From NCBI GenBank assembly GCA_964291315.2, contig OZ219750.1:128001-192000 (forward strand): a stretch of 64,000 bases of DNA, read 5' to 3'. A program made the position numbers and the translations under genes. Each line of letters begins with the position of its first letter. The stretch's first letter is position 1. This document shows positions 19,929 to 29,413 of the stretch, one piece after another. The notes beneath the pieces are model-generated. The model made no database searches and was not told the DNA's origin. It saw only the letters and a list, made by a program, of their open reading frames with translations. This stretch comes from Candidatus Poribacteria bacterium (GTDB lineage Bacteria > Poribacteria > WGA-4E > WGA-3G).

Positions 19929-20056
19929 TATTTCCTCCATATAAAAATTGGTTGCGGACATGGAACCCGTTTAAGTTTTGGGAGTTTATGATGCACGGTA
20001 TTCCATGTCCAATATTTCATGAAAACGGAGTCAGTTGTTCAGCACCAATGAGGACG

Positions 20057-20746
20057 TTAGAAATTGTGACTTCCATCTGGTTGATAGACGTATTCAAACG
20101 TTACAAAACCGCTATCCTCTTTATTTTTATTGTCTTTGTAATATCCAATAAATCGGAGTTTGGCGAATGTTCCAGCTGCAGTTTTCACGACAAACACTCG
20201 GTCTTCCAACGGGAGGACCCAGTGGGTCGGAGGACCCGTGTAAATGTACCATCCTTTTTCGCTTTGTTGGACGATCGCGAGCGTGTCCTCTGTATCGGCG
20301 CGGTATCCCTCTGCTGGTGCCACGGTTACCGCCTCGAAAGTTGTTTCAGTAAGCATAACGACACTGCCCATTCCGGGTCCACTGATACCGCCATTAAGCT
20401 TGACTTGCGTCCGTTGGAATCCGATGTCCCACGCTTCTGAATTTGCGGCATCTTCGATGTCCACGATGTCACCGGACGCAAAAGAGAAGTAGGCGTAGGT
20501 ATCTCCGTTAGTTGCGTCGATTGTAAACGTTTTTGCTTCTAATTCGATAGATTCATCTGCCGGAAGTTGTTCACCTGTTTCAATAATTGTGGATATTGTT
20601 GGCTCGGGGGGCTCTTCTGCCTGAAGTAACGGGGTAGCATTTTCATCACCCCCGGGATCACAGCTGCTTAAAAGGATGCCAGTGCTCAATATTAGCATCA
20701 GAAAGGCAATGACATATGGATTGATAAGCTCTCTAATTCTTTTCAT
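20057..20746 (-). CDS. hmuY: HmuY-family heme-binding lipoprotein
   Basis: Lipobox LSSC; 'WDIGFQR', 'NGGISGPG', 'GWYIY..H', 'FAKLRFIGYY'. Confidence 0.85.
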   Translation of the reverse strand: MKRIRELINPYVIAFLMLILSTGILLSSCDPGGDENATPLLQAEEPPEPTISTIIETGEQLPADESIELEAKTFTIDATNGDTYAYFSFASGDIVDIEDAANSEAWDIGFQRTQVKLNGGISGPGMGSVVMLTETTFEAVTVAPAEGYRADTEDTLAIVQQSEKGWYIYTGPPTHWVLPLEDRVFVVKTAAGTFAKLRFIGYYKDNKNKEDSGFVTFEYVYQPDGSHNF

Positions 20747-20807
20747 GAGAATCCTCCTATGAGTGGGTGCGAGTATCTACATTTGCTTTGGACTGCATTA
20801 AAACAGT

Positions 20808-20859
20808 GTAGGGAAGTTGGGCTATCAAAACCCAATTGAGATCTAGGTGGCTCCCCTAC
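20808..20859. repeat. GTAG...CTAC palindromic element
   Basis: GTAGGGAAG...CTCCCCTAC with an inner TTGGG/CCCAA hairpin. Confidence 0.5.
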
Positions 20860-21133
20860 ATGCCTTGTTAAACTTTTACAAGCGAATTCATCTTCTTTAA
20901 GTCAAGCTCTTCGGTTACGGGCTCTTCAGTCTTCTGCAAGACCTATAACGCTTCAACAAAGACTCCTGCAACTTGATGAAAATCGAAAACATCCATAGTA
21001 ATATCCAAGGTGCGATATTTCAAATGGATATGGCCGTCGAGACACTGGTAGATGGCACATACTTCGTTTTTTGATAAAAATTCTGCTTTGTAACTCATTT
21101 CTAAACTCCTTAGAGCGTTGTAGAACGTGCCTA

Positions 21134-21811
21134 TTATTTTGACTTAATCGCCGCCCACGTTGTTGATAGTTTCCGTTGAGCATCAACATTTGTGGGGACA
21201 GGTTCAATAAAAGAACGGGTACCATCGTCTTGTAGAACGTATTCTATAGTGATGTTTCCCGAACCTTCTTTGGTTTCGTTGTTTTCGTAATAACCGATGA
21301 AACGGATCTTCACGTAGTAATACGGTTTTTCAGTCTGTGCGTTTGTGTCAGATGCAATTCGCAACACATAAACTTTCGGGTTTGGCAAAATCCAGTGATT
21401 CGGAGGCCCGGTATAGGTATACCAACTGTCGTCGCGCGCGAAGGTGGCGATCTGATCGGTGTCTGAAACGTACTCCCCCTCGGGGGCCTCGGTGACATCT
21501 TCAAAAGCGATCTCCTTCAAAGCCAATGCCCTGGTTTCTCCGGGCCCGCTGACTCCGCCGTTGACGATGACCTCGGTGCGTTTGAAACCGAGGTCCCACG
21601 CCGTTGAGGTTGCCCGATCGGCTATATCAACAGTTTCTGCTTTAGCGAGGTTGATGTAAGTCCAGTTCTCACTATCGGTCGCATCAATCGTGAGTCTGTT
21701 TTCATGAATCTCAGCCGACGCTTTAAGAACAGCGATACTGACGGTGAAAACCAAAAGTAAAGTTGTGTAAAGTTGCATATTGCAAGCCTTGCCAAAAATG
21801 AAGCGTGTCAT
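21134..21811 (-). CDS. hmuY: HmuY-family protein, non-lipidated, with C-terminal KLxTTWxxIK motif
   Basis: 'WDLGFKR', 'NGGVSGPG', 'WYTYTGPPNH'; ends VDAQRKLSTTWAAIKSK. Confidence 0.82.
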   Translation of the reverse strand: MTRFIFGKACNMQLYTTLLLVFTVSIAVLKASAEIHENRLTIDATDSENWTYINLAKAETVDIADRATSTAWDLGFKRTEVIVNGGVSGPGETRALALKEIAFEDVTEAPEGEYVSDTDQIATFARDDSWYTYTGPPNHWILPNPKVYVLRIASDTNAQTEKPYYYVKIRFIGYYENNETKEGSGNITIEYVLQDDGTRSFIEPVPTNVDAQRKLSTTWAAIKSK

Positions 21812-21832
21812 GTTTCTGTATCCTTTCTTGTA

Positions 21833-23839
21833 TTAGTAGCTTAAAGAGAGGCCACCATAAAATGATCGGCCTGTGAACGTATAAAATGTGGGAATTTTGA
21901 AGTCGAAAATATTATTGCACCCCATCGAGGCGTTAAACATTTTGAAGAGCGTCTTTGAAACGCGGATGTTCCATATCCAATAGCTGGGAGCGAATTCTTC
22001 GGGTTCGAGTATTTTGTCCCCATCATCAAAGAACCCCCAGCGGCTGGCGTATCTACCGCGCAGGTCGGCCTGAAAACCGCTCTTGGAATGGAGATATGCC
22101 AGTTTGAAAGTGGCACCGTGCGTGGAACGGTTCAGTAGTGGTAGACCGGTTTCCTTGTCTGCACCGCGGAGGTAAGCGTACCCGACGGTTGAGGTAAATC
22201 TATCCGTTGAACTAACATCTATGTTGACTTGGGTTTCAACGTCGAATCCTTGTGTGTAAGCGCTGCTGATGTTTTGATATTCAAATTTGCTGCCCCCTGC
22301 TGCGCTTTCTCCGATACGCTCCGCTTCAATCAGATTGTGGAGGTCATTACGGTAAATGTGAATGCGTCCGAGCACTGCGCTCGACACCTGATATTCTGCC
22401 CCTAGGTTCCAATTGTGTGAGGATTCGGGTTGGAGCGTTGGGTTCCCGAAGACTTGATAGCCCGAGGTCACGTTTGTGAAATAGAGATAAAGGTTTTTGA
22501 AGTCTGGTGCTCGAAATCCTTGTCCGTACGAGCCCCGGACCCGCAGGTTGTTTGTCACCCGATACAGCGAACTCAACTTTGGGCTAAAATGTGTGCCGAA
22601 TTCGGTGTGATTGTCTAAACGCCCGCCGATGACGAATGCAAGTGCAGAGACGGGTCGGAATTCGTTTTGGATAAAAAGCGAGTTAGTGAGAACATCTCGT
22701 TCGCGGCCTCTAATCCGTTGGGATTGTAGGTTTTCAAAGATAATCTCGCCCCCCAGGGTCAATTGATGTTTTTCCCAGAGCGGCATATCGAATTGAATTG
22801 TGCCCTTGGCCATGTCTTGGATGTTGAGATTACTGGAACTGATTTCCGCTGTTTCTTTGTTAGTAACAGTTGATACGTCATCATATCGGGTTGCATAGAG
22901 TTTAGCTGTCAATAAAGTTGCGGGCAGCTCCCGTGTGGATGTGCTGAATTCATGCGTTATTCCTAAGCTTCCGCTGAAGTTTTCGATATCCCCTAGGCGT
23001 TCAAAGACAACGGTGTCTCCTTCGCTGATGCCTTCCTGATCCTGTGTGAAATATTGTCCGGAAAACACAAGGTTTGTTCTTGGCGTGAGTTGATATTCAG
23101 TGCGGGCGGCCCCCGACAGGTTCGTATAGCCGTCGATCGTGGTTGTGAGATTAGAAGCATCCAGATCAATTGGGTTTCGGCGGTTGTGGCTGAATGTTAA
23201 GAGTGTATTGAATTTATCTCTCTGTAATCCAATCGTGCCCCGGCTGTCGAATGTACTATTTTGCTCAAAGCTTTGGGAGACTTGTAGCGAAAAAGGGTCG
23301 GTTGCTCTCCGGGTGATAATATTAATAACGCCGCCGAGTGCGGCATTTCCGAAGAGGGAGGCAGTGGTGCCTTTAACGATTTCTATGCGTTCGACGTTTT
23401 CAATAGGGAGTCGTGCCATATCAAGTTTGCCCGCGATGCGCCCGATCTGTGGTTCGCCATCCACAAGAATTAGCACGTATTCGGAGTCGAGGCCTTGGAG
23501 CTGCACGCCGTCGCCGTGTCCATCACGATGGATAATAATGCCTGCTGTATGTTCTAAGACCTCCCCGATGTTCTCTGCCCCTGTTGCTTCAATCTCCGAG
23601 CGCGTAATCAGGCTTGTGATAACGGGGGTATCTTTCAAGCGTTGAGGAGTTTTTGTGGCGGTTACCACGACTGGTTCTAATGCCACCGCCCCTTCAGTCT
23701 TAGTTATATCGCCATTACTCTCTGCTAGGTTCAGCAATCCAAAGGCAAGCAACAGTGACAGAAGATTTGGCAGTATCTGTAAAATCTGCTTGAAAGTGAG
23801 GTTTGCCTTGTGAGAATTGCTCGTTCTGTTTAATGACAT
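21833..23839 (-). CDS. TonB-dependent receptor, probably for heme (HmuR-like)
   Basis: TonB box 'VVVTAT'; plug 'ERIEIVKG..SLFG.AALGGVINIIT'; FRAP and NPTL motifs; next to hmuY. Confidence 0.88.
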   Translation of the reverse strand: MSLNRTSNSHKANLTFKQILQILPNLLSLLLAFGLLNLAESNGDITKTEGAVALEPVVVTATKTPQRLKDTPVITSLITRSEIEATGAENIGEVLEHTAGIIIHRDGHGDGVQLQGLDSEYVLILVDGEPQIGRIAGKLDMARLPIENVERIEIVKGTTASLFGNAALGGVINIITRRATDPFSLQVSQSFEQNSTFDSRGTIGLQRDKFNTLLTFSHNRRNPIDLDASNLTTTIDGYTNLSGAARTEYQLTPRTNLVFSGQYFTQDQEGISEGDTVVFERLGDIENFSGSLGITHEFSTSTRELPATLLTAKLYATRYDDVSTVTNKETAEISSSNLNIQDMAKGTIQFDMPLWEKHQLTLGGEIIFENLQSQRIRGRERDVLTNSLFIQNEFRPVSALAFVIGGRLDNHTEFGTHFSPKLSSLYRVTNNLRVRGSYGQGFRAPDFKNLYLYFTNVTSGYQVFGNPTLQPESSHNWNLGAEYQVSSAVLGRIHIYRNDLHNLIEAERIGESAAGGSKFEYQNISSAYTQGFDVETQVNIDVSSTDRFTSTVGYAYLRGADKETGLPLLNRSTHGATFKLAYLHSKSGFQADLRGRYASRWGFFDDGDKILEPEEFAPSYWIWNIRVSKTLFKMFNASMGCNNIFDFKIPTFYTFTGRSFYGGLSLSY

Positions 23840-23897
23840 AATTTTTTCCTCTTAAATGCGTTTGCTGGATTTGTGGCATGTTTGCTTGCAAATTCTC

Positions 23898-23927
23898 TTG
23901 ACAGAAACAGCACTGATAACGTATTCT
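23898..23927 (+). promoter_or_regulatory. Sigma70 promoter driving the ncRNA
   Basis: TTGACA-N18-TATTCT; predicted +1 (23934) is the first base of the RNA closing stem. Confidence 0.7.
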
Positions 23928-23933
23928 AATTAG

Positions 23934-24101
23934 AGCAGAAAAGGCGTGGGCACGAAATGCGCAGACGCGCGCGGAAGCCTACAGGCCGCTAAACACCGTC
24001 GGTTTGTAATCGACATGCGTGGATTTTCCTTGGAAACAAGGACATCGGCTAACAATTGGGAGTTGGGAGCGTGTCCTGTTTCTCGTGGTGCCTTTTCTGC
24101 T
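23934..24101 (+). ncRNA. Structured ~168-nt RNA, possibly 6S RNA-like
   Basis: Perfect 12-bp terminal stem AGCAGAAAAGGC/GCCTTTTCTGCT; further stems CACGA/TCGTG and GACGCGC/GCGTGTC; central bubble; apical hairpins including TCCTTG-GAAA-CAAGGA; own promoter; T-rich 3' flank. Confidence 0.65.
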
Positions 24102-24112
24102 GCTGTTTTGTT

Positions 24113-24469
24113 TTAGTGTACGTTAAAGGGACCTCCGCGCGGTTCCGATTTCAAATCTGGTCTGGCGGAATCGAGAAATACTTCGTGAAGTTCAAGTTTG
24201 TTAGATTGCGTAAATGCCTCTTTGGGCAGTGTACCGGCTTGAGCGTGTCCTTTACGGAATTCCTCAGATTCTACCCAGTTTTCAAAATCTTGCCGCGATT
24301 CCCAAAGTGTGAAAACAATGTATGGATCACCGGCATTGACTGGTCGGAGCACCTGGTTTGAGATAAACCCTGGCATTCCATCGATGAGGCGTGCCCGATT
24401 TTGGAACCGTTCCTCAAATGCATCTTGGTATTCGGGCGAGACGTAGATGCGATTTGCAACAGTTATCAT
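24113..24469 (-). CDS. IsdG/HmoA-like heme-degrading monooxygenase (ABM domain)
   Basis: 'VANRI..FEERF', 'MPGF', 'TLWES..FENW..SEEFRKGH' contain the Asn/Trp/His triad. Confidence 0.85.
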   Translation of the reverse strand: MITVANRIYVSPEYQDAFEERFQNRARLIDGMPGFISNQVLRPVNAGDPYIVFTLWESRQDFENWVESEEFRKGHAQAGTLPKEAFTQSNKLELHEVFLDSARPDLKSEPRGGPFNVH

Positions 24470-24484
24470 AGTATACTCCTAATT

Positions 24485-24503
24485 GAAAATGAATTTCATT
24501 ATC
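24485..24503. promoter_or_regulatory. Fur box
   Basis: GAAAATGAATTTCATTATC, 15/19 match to GATAATGATAATCATTATC; next to the RBS. Confidence 0.7.
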
Positions 24504-24661
24504 AAAACATATGGTAAGGCGAGGTATCCTGTTCCCCGCCTAACCGTGTTGAACAGGCTATATCTTGGTAGATGTAGTGTCTGTTTTCCTCTGATAAGGT
24601 GGCTCCTTTTTAGAGCGTTATCTTTAGGAAAAGTTAGTAAATCTGAATACTTTCACAAATT

Positions 24662-24680
24662 GATAATGAGTCTCACTATC
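24662..24680. promoter_or_regulatory. Fur box
   Basis: GATAATGAGTCTCACTATC, 15/19 match. Confidence 0.7.
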
Positions 24681-24734
24681 AATTTGTGTGGATGGTAATT
24701 CTGGATGCATTCACTAACACACTAACATTTATAT

Positions 24735-24764
24735 ATTATACTATACACTATGATTCTTTGTCAA
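24735..24764 (-). promoter_or_regulatory. Consensus promoter of the heme operon
   Basis: TTGACA-N18-TATAAT on the minus strand. Confidence 0.75.
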
Positions 24765-24871
24765 ATTTTTTTACGGATGACCGAACTTAATTAATTTTAT
24801 CCGCCTTTTGGTCATAAATTCTCACAATATAAGGCATATTGTACAGAATTTCAGTTTTGAAGTCAAGAAAA

Positions 24872-26308
24872 TCAGTCAACAGATGGATGTGGCACATCTG
24901 AACAGTCTTGATCGTTTGTAATCTGTTCTATTACTTCTTTTCCAGCTTTAAGCAGATCGTGTAAGTGTAAATAGCGGAACAGCGAGCTTCTACCTGTCAA
25001 GTACAAGTTCTCAAATGTCTGGAAATAAGTAACAAGGCTCGCTATTTTTTCTTCGAACCCTACTTCAAGCACAGGGTAGGCGAATGGCAATTTGTAGCTC
25101 TGATAGTGGATAATTTCTTCTGGAAATAGTGGTTTGACCTGTTTTAATGCTTCCCATACCTCAGTTTGCAATGCGGTTTCTGACATACGCCATACGGCAT
25201 CATCACCATAACAGGGCAATTCTAACACAATCACTGTTTGTCCTTTGGGCGCCATGTGTGGGCTTCGGTTCTTGGGCTCATACAAACGTGTAAATGGAAA
25301 TTCTTCACTTGGGAAATAAAGCGAGGCGTTTGGGGAAAAGGTGTCACGGTTCAAGCAGAAAACGGAAAGTACGAGATGTCGGTATTTGATTGTATCGGTA
25401 ACCTCCAAGAGCTCTGGGGGCGGTGCAGGCTCCAACATTTGCATTGAAAGTGTCAACGGTAGCGTGTTAATCACTATGGAGGCAGGTATTTCAATATCGT
25501 TTTGCGCTGTGGTAGAGTTAGGATTGCCTCTCCCTTTGTTCACGAGGATACGTTCAATTTTACGATTCTTGTGGATTAATCGTTTAACGCGATGTTCCAA
25601 ATTAATATGTTTTTCTCCGATGGATTCGCAAAGTTTATCGCTAATCATGCCGATGCCATGTTTCGGGTAAAGGAACGATCCGTCTAAGTGGGACGGTTTT
25701 TTGAGTGTACCCCACACAACAGAATGAAGAAAGCTCCGTAGGTCTAGTCCTTTGAGGCGATTTCCTGAAACGGTAGGGGAGAGTTTAGATGCGGGTTGCC
25801 CCCACAATTTTTCGGAGTAGTTTAGGAGAAAGCGTTCTGCTAACGTTTTTCCGTACTCGCTGATTGCGAATTCAGCGAAATTTCTTGCCCGTTTTTCTTT
25901 TCTATTATGCAGTTTCTCCCAGACAATTTTTAGTAGCGTTTTCGCTTCCAGCTTTTCGACGAGATCGCTCAGCAGAAGGGGGAATCGATAAAATTGCCCT
26001 TGAAAAAAAATCTCACTCGGTGCCGTTACGGCCAACAGATCGTCATGCAGGAGTTTTTTCACCTCTCTGGTAACTGTAGGATCCTTGTCGTGGAATCGGT
26101 GTGCACCGGTGTCGAATCGAAAATCACCGCTCTGCCAAGTGTGAGCTTTACAGTTTGCACCTTTGATGTTTAGGGTCCGACAGTTTCCTCCGACGTGTTC
26201 ACTCGCTTCAAAGACAGTGAAATTGGAGATACCATATTTTTGGGCGTAGTATCCGGTTGCCAATCCAGCAGGCCCACCGCCGAGGATATGGATGTCAGGT
26301 GTTTCCAT
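24872..26308 (-). CDS. FAD-dependent oxidoreductase (protoporphyrinogen oxidase / UDP-galactopyranose mutase-like)
   Basis: GGGPAGL, 'FDTGAHRF', 'FLYPKHGIG', 'AYPV', 'GRSSLFRY'. Confidence 0.75.
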   Translation of the reverse strand: METPDIHILGGGPAGLATGYYAQKYGISNFTVFEASEHVGGNCRTLNIKGANCKAHTWQSGDFRFDTGAHRFHDKDPTVTREVKKLLHDDLLAVTAPSEIFFQGQFYRFPLLLSDLVEKLEAKTLLKIVWEKLHNRKEKRARNFAEFAISEYGKTLAERFLLNYSEKLWGQPASKLSPTVSGNRLKGLDLRSFLHSVVWGTLKKPSHLDGSFLYPKHGIGMISDKLCESIGEKHINLEHRVKRLIHKNRKIERILVNKGRGNPNSTTAQNDIEIPASIVINTLPLTLSMQMLEPAPPPELLEVTDTIKYRHLVLSVFCLNRDTFSPNASLYFPSEEFPFTRLYEPKNRSPHMAPKGQTVIVLELPCYGDDAVWRMSETALQTEVWEALKQVKPLFPEEIIHYQSYKLPFAYPVLEVGFEEKIASLVTYFQTFENLYLTGRSSLFRYLHLHDLLKAGKEVIEQITNDQDCSDVPHPSVD

Positions 26309-26345
26309 TATATTCTGTGCCTCAATGATCTGTTTCTACAGAATC

Positions 26346-27812
26346 TTAGTACTCCAATAGAGGTAATTCTGACCACATTCGATTGACATACGGGTTGTGA
26401 TAGAACACTTTTTTGACTTTCGGCACTCGATCCGGCAGAGGGCTTCCGATGACAACGAATCCGGTCTCCAATTTATCAAGTTGAGCGAGGTCTGCTTCAC
26501 CTTTGATAGGGATATAGATTGCGTCTACTGCTTGGGACACCAGGTAGTACTGAATCAAGGGCACAGATACGATATGCAATTTCTCACTTTGTTCGGTCTG
26601 TTTGGCATATAGGTACTCGTGTATCTGGGCAATTGCAGTCGGTTTTGTATGCTGGACGACAGTATATAATGTAACGTAACTGTAACAGAGAAAAAAGAGG
26701 GTAACGGTCGTCCAAGTGAGCGCGTATTGAAATCCTCTCTGTTTGTGATTACGCAGAATTTCTATGACTCGGTTGCTCGTGAAGGCGATACCTAATGCCA
26801 GAAAAGGTAGCAACGGTAAAACGTGCCGGCTCTTATGAATAACGTTCTGTGCTAAGAATATCCATATCAGATAGATAGTACACCCGACAAAAAAAGGATT
26901 CAACAGTAAGGTTTTGTCTCTGAAGCGTCTTTCCGTAGCCCATTTCTTTAAGATTCTCCAATTGCCAATTATAGTGATTTTGATTAAGGCAACGGCTGTG
27001 CAAGCCGTTACAAAGTGCCGGCCTTGCCAATAGAGGCCAAATCCATCCGCCCAGATGCTCTCAAAGATTTTTGTCAGTCGAAACCATAATTGAGGGTGAG
27101 TGGAAAGGGTCCCCCCGAAGTCTGAAAAATGTCCGTGGCTTTGGGTTTGTGCGGCAGCTATTAGTGTGCTCCATCCGGTGATTGAGAGCAGCGGAATGAG
27201 CCAGACCAAAATACCGACAATTCCGGCTATGATGTATTTCAACTTTCCAGGGGCCTTTAACCCGACGAACAGAGCTGGCATCAACAGTGGAAAATAAGAG
27301 AGTCGAATCCCTAGCAAAATCCCAGCGAGAAAAAAGCCGATGGCATTATAGAGGCTTGAGGATGTGCTCCTCCCACTAGCATCTTGTGTTGTTGTAAAGT
27401 AGAGACTTGCTAGCAAACATGCAACTCCCATTGCATCGGGCATGTAACGGTTGCTCATCAGCCAGAGTAGCGGGTTCATGAAGATGACAAAGATGGCAAT
27501 TTTTCCGAACAGTGTAGTGCTGTTGATCTTCGCAATTTTTAGTGTAAAAAAGATTGTGAAAAAAGTAGATAAGCCACCAATTAGTGAGAATGCTAATGCA
27601 TAGCGGTGGATAAGGCCATAAATAAGTTTAGCGATCCAACAGAAAACGGGGTACGCTGGAAAATGTGGCTGGAGCTTGGCGACATCGTAGTCTACTATGC
27701 TCAACGCAAAGCGGAGGCTGTCCAAGTCTTCAATATAGTAGATAGTGCCGAGCAGCCGAGAGGCTATGCAGCTGATAAGGACGATACTCCAGACTCTGAA
27801 TTCTGCTGTCAT
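26346..27812 (-). CDS. Multi-pass membrane protein, GT-C glycosyltransferase-like
   Basis: About 10 TM segments; acidic first loop 'EDLDSLRFA..QPHFPAYP'; 'RYMPDA'; 'RHVLPLLP'. Confidence 0.55.
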   Translation of the reverse strand: MTAEFRVWSIVLISCIASRLLGTIYYIEDLDSLRFALSIVDYDVAKLQPHFPAYPVFCWIAKLIYGLIHRYALAFSLIGGLSTFFTIFFTLKIAKINSTTLFGKIAIFVIFMNPLLWLMSNRYMPDAMGVACLLASLYFTTTQDASGRSTSSSLYNAIGFFLAGILLGIRLSYFPLLMPALFVGLKAPGKLKYIIAGIVGILVWLIPLLSITGWSTLIAAAQTQSHGHFSDFGGTLSTHPQLWFRLTKIFESIWADGFGLYWQGRHFVTACTAVALIKITIIGNWRILKKWATERRFRDKTLLLNPFFVGCTIYLIWIFLAQNVIHKSRHVLPLLPFLALGIAFTSNRVIEILRNHKQRGFQYALTWTTVTLFFLCYSYVTLYTVVQHTKPTAIAQIHEYLYAKQTEQSEKLHIVSVPLIQYYLVSQAVDAIYIPIKGEADLAQLDKLETGFVVIGSPLPDRVPKVKKVFYHNPYVNRMWSELPLLEY

Positions 27813-27939
27813 TCATTTATTGATTTAAAGTTAGGTTGGCGCGCTCTGCAAGCGCGCCTTTTTTCTTTGTAGCAGATGTCTCAAGTGTGCTACCGGTGGG
27901 AAGACATATTTGCAGTTCAAACGCCATCTGCAGAGAGGC

Positions 27940-29265
27940 TTACCAATTTTCCATGTTCGTGTCAGAAAATCCATATGCGGCCTGTAAGACATCCTTCGCT
28001 CGTTTGTAATTGGCTACTTGTGTATTGTAATGATTACTATCTGGTTTATGATACATAGGTGCTTCACCCATGATACCATGTAATTCCGCCAGTTGCCCAT
28101 CCGTAATCAAGCGAAAAGGATTATATTGTAGTGCGACGGTGTAACCCTTCATCTCTGCCCAATGTTTATTTAAATTAGGAATGTTTTCCTCTGCTGTATC
28201 CAACTTAGACATATCATTGAGCGTATCATTGATGTAGTGTACCACAGTTGCTGCGATAACTTTCTCCATGCCGTTTGCTGCGGTTTGGCGATATGTACTG
28301 ATTTCCGCGACTGTGCCTTGGTTTGTGATTGCTGTGCGCCCAGCAAGGAAGGCTCTGAAAATCTCTTGTGTGAAATCAACGCCTGATCCGCCTTTATCCC
28401 GTTTACCCGCGTTTCTGGCGAGTCCAAAGTTGTATTCTGACTTAAAGTCGATATTGCCATCACCGTTTGAATCGAATGTGAAGTCATCAACCGTTCCTGC
28501 AAGTTGTGCGTCTGTGTATCGGAAATAGTCGCGTGCTGCGCCAAAGTAGCCAAACGCTTCGTCCCAGGCGTGTTCCATCGCAGTATAGGGCTCGGTTCCA
28601 TCTTTTGCTTCACTATTGTCTCGTTCGAGCAAGCTGTTAAGATAAACCGCTGTCGCTTGGTAATATGGGACTGCCCCGATAAGCACTTTGTTAATCATCT
28701 GTGACATATCGACACCGTCATCGGTTGTATAAGCCATGGAAGTGCCGAGTTTGCTTGAATCTTGTGAGTTTTTTGCGATGGCCTCGAACCATTCTCGGAC
28801 CAAATCATTCGCGGGGCGGTTGTAACCAATGACCGGTTCGTCTGAAATTTTACCGACAAGATTCTTCCCTGTCGAAAGTGAAGAGTATTGGCTTTCGAGT
28901 GTGGAAACGGATCCTGTGTTTGTTCGTGTTTTCAGTTTGAGTGCATCATCGTATTCATAGAGTTTAAGCATGTCTTGTACGGTAATAGGCTGCCCCCCAT
29001 CTTTTCCTACGCTATCTGTGAGGGATTTCAGATCTTGCAACAGAAGATTCCGCACAACTTGCCCTGAATAAGAGACGCTGCTGTCGCCATCTATAAAGCG
29101 GCTGTCAAAGACATACGCTTGTGGAACAGAAATTGTACCACTTCCGTCGTCTTCTAATACTTCAGTGTTGTCGTCTTCGTCGTCGCTGCCACAAGCGGAC
29201 AAAAATAGGCTCACAATAGCTAGCAACACAGCTAGCCATTGTATTTTTCCCGTCCAGTAATTCAT
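27940..29265 (-). CDS. DUF4856 (imelysin-like) lipoprotein
   Basis: Lipobox LSAC; 'SVSYSGQ..R', 'MEHAWDEAFGYFG'; ATG at 29265 after AAGGAG. Confidence 0.8.
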   Translation of the reverse strand: MNYWTGKIQWLAVLLAIVSLFLSACGSDDEDDNTEVLEDDGSGTISVPQAYVFDSRFIDGDSSVSYSGQVVRNLLLQDLKSLTDSVGKDGGQPITVQDMLKLYEYDDALKLKTRTNTGSVSTLESQYSSLSTGKNLVGKISDEPVIGYNRPANDLVREWFEAIAKNSQDSSKLGTSMAYTTDDGVDMSQMINKVLIGAVPYYQATAVYLNSLLERDNSEAKDGTEPYTAMEHAWDEAFGYFGAARDYFRYTDAQLAGTVDDFTFDSNGDGNIDFKSEYNFGLARNAGKRDKGGSGVDFTQEIFRAFLAGRTAITNQGTVAEISTYRQTAANGMEKVIAATVVHYINDTLNDMSKLDTAEENIPNLNKHWAEMKGYTVALQYNPFRLITDGQLAELHGIMGEAPMYHKPDSNHYNTQVANYKRAKDVLQAAYGFSDTNMENW

Positions 29266-29286
29266 GTTTGCTCCTTTATTGTTATA

Positions 29287-29305
29287 GATAATGAGACACA
29301 TTATC
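29287..29305. promoter_or_regulatory. Fur box
   Basis: GATAATGAGACACATTATC, 16/19 match. Confidence 0.75.
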
Positions 29306-29413
29306 TGTAAAAGTTATTAGTTGCTAAAAGCACACTGTAGTGAAGGCGGAACATCTGTGAAAAGAATAGCAGATATTTCCTATTGATTTATCTTTCTTCA
29401 GTGTGCAGTTAAG

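Noticed and set aside
23934-24101. SRP RNA, tmRNA or tRNA identity for the ncRNA
   Set aside because: No SRP domain IV motif, no tRNA-like ends or CCA, and too short for tmRNA
24056-24698. Plus-strand ORFs 24056-24361 and 24483-24698, and minus-strand 20953-21225
   Set aside because: Overlap the ncRNA, ABM gene, Fur leader or hmuY end; no RBS or motif support
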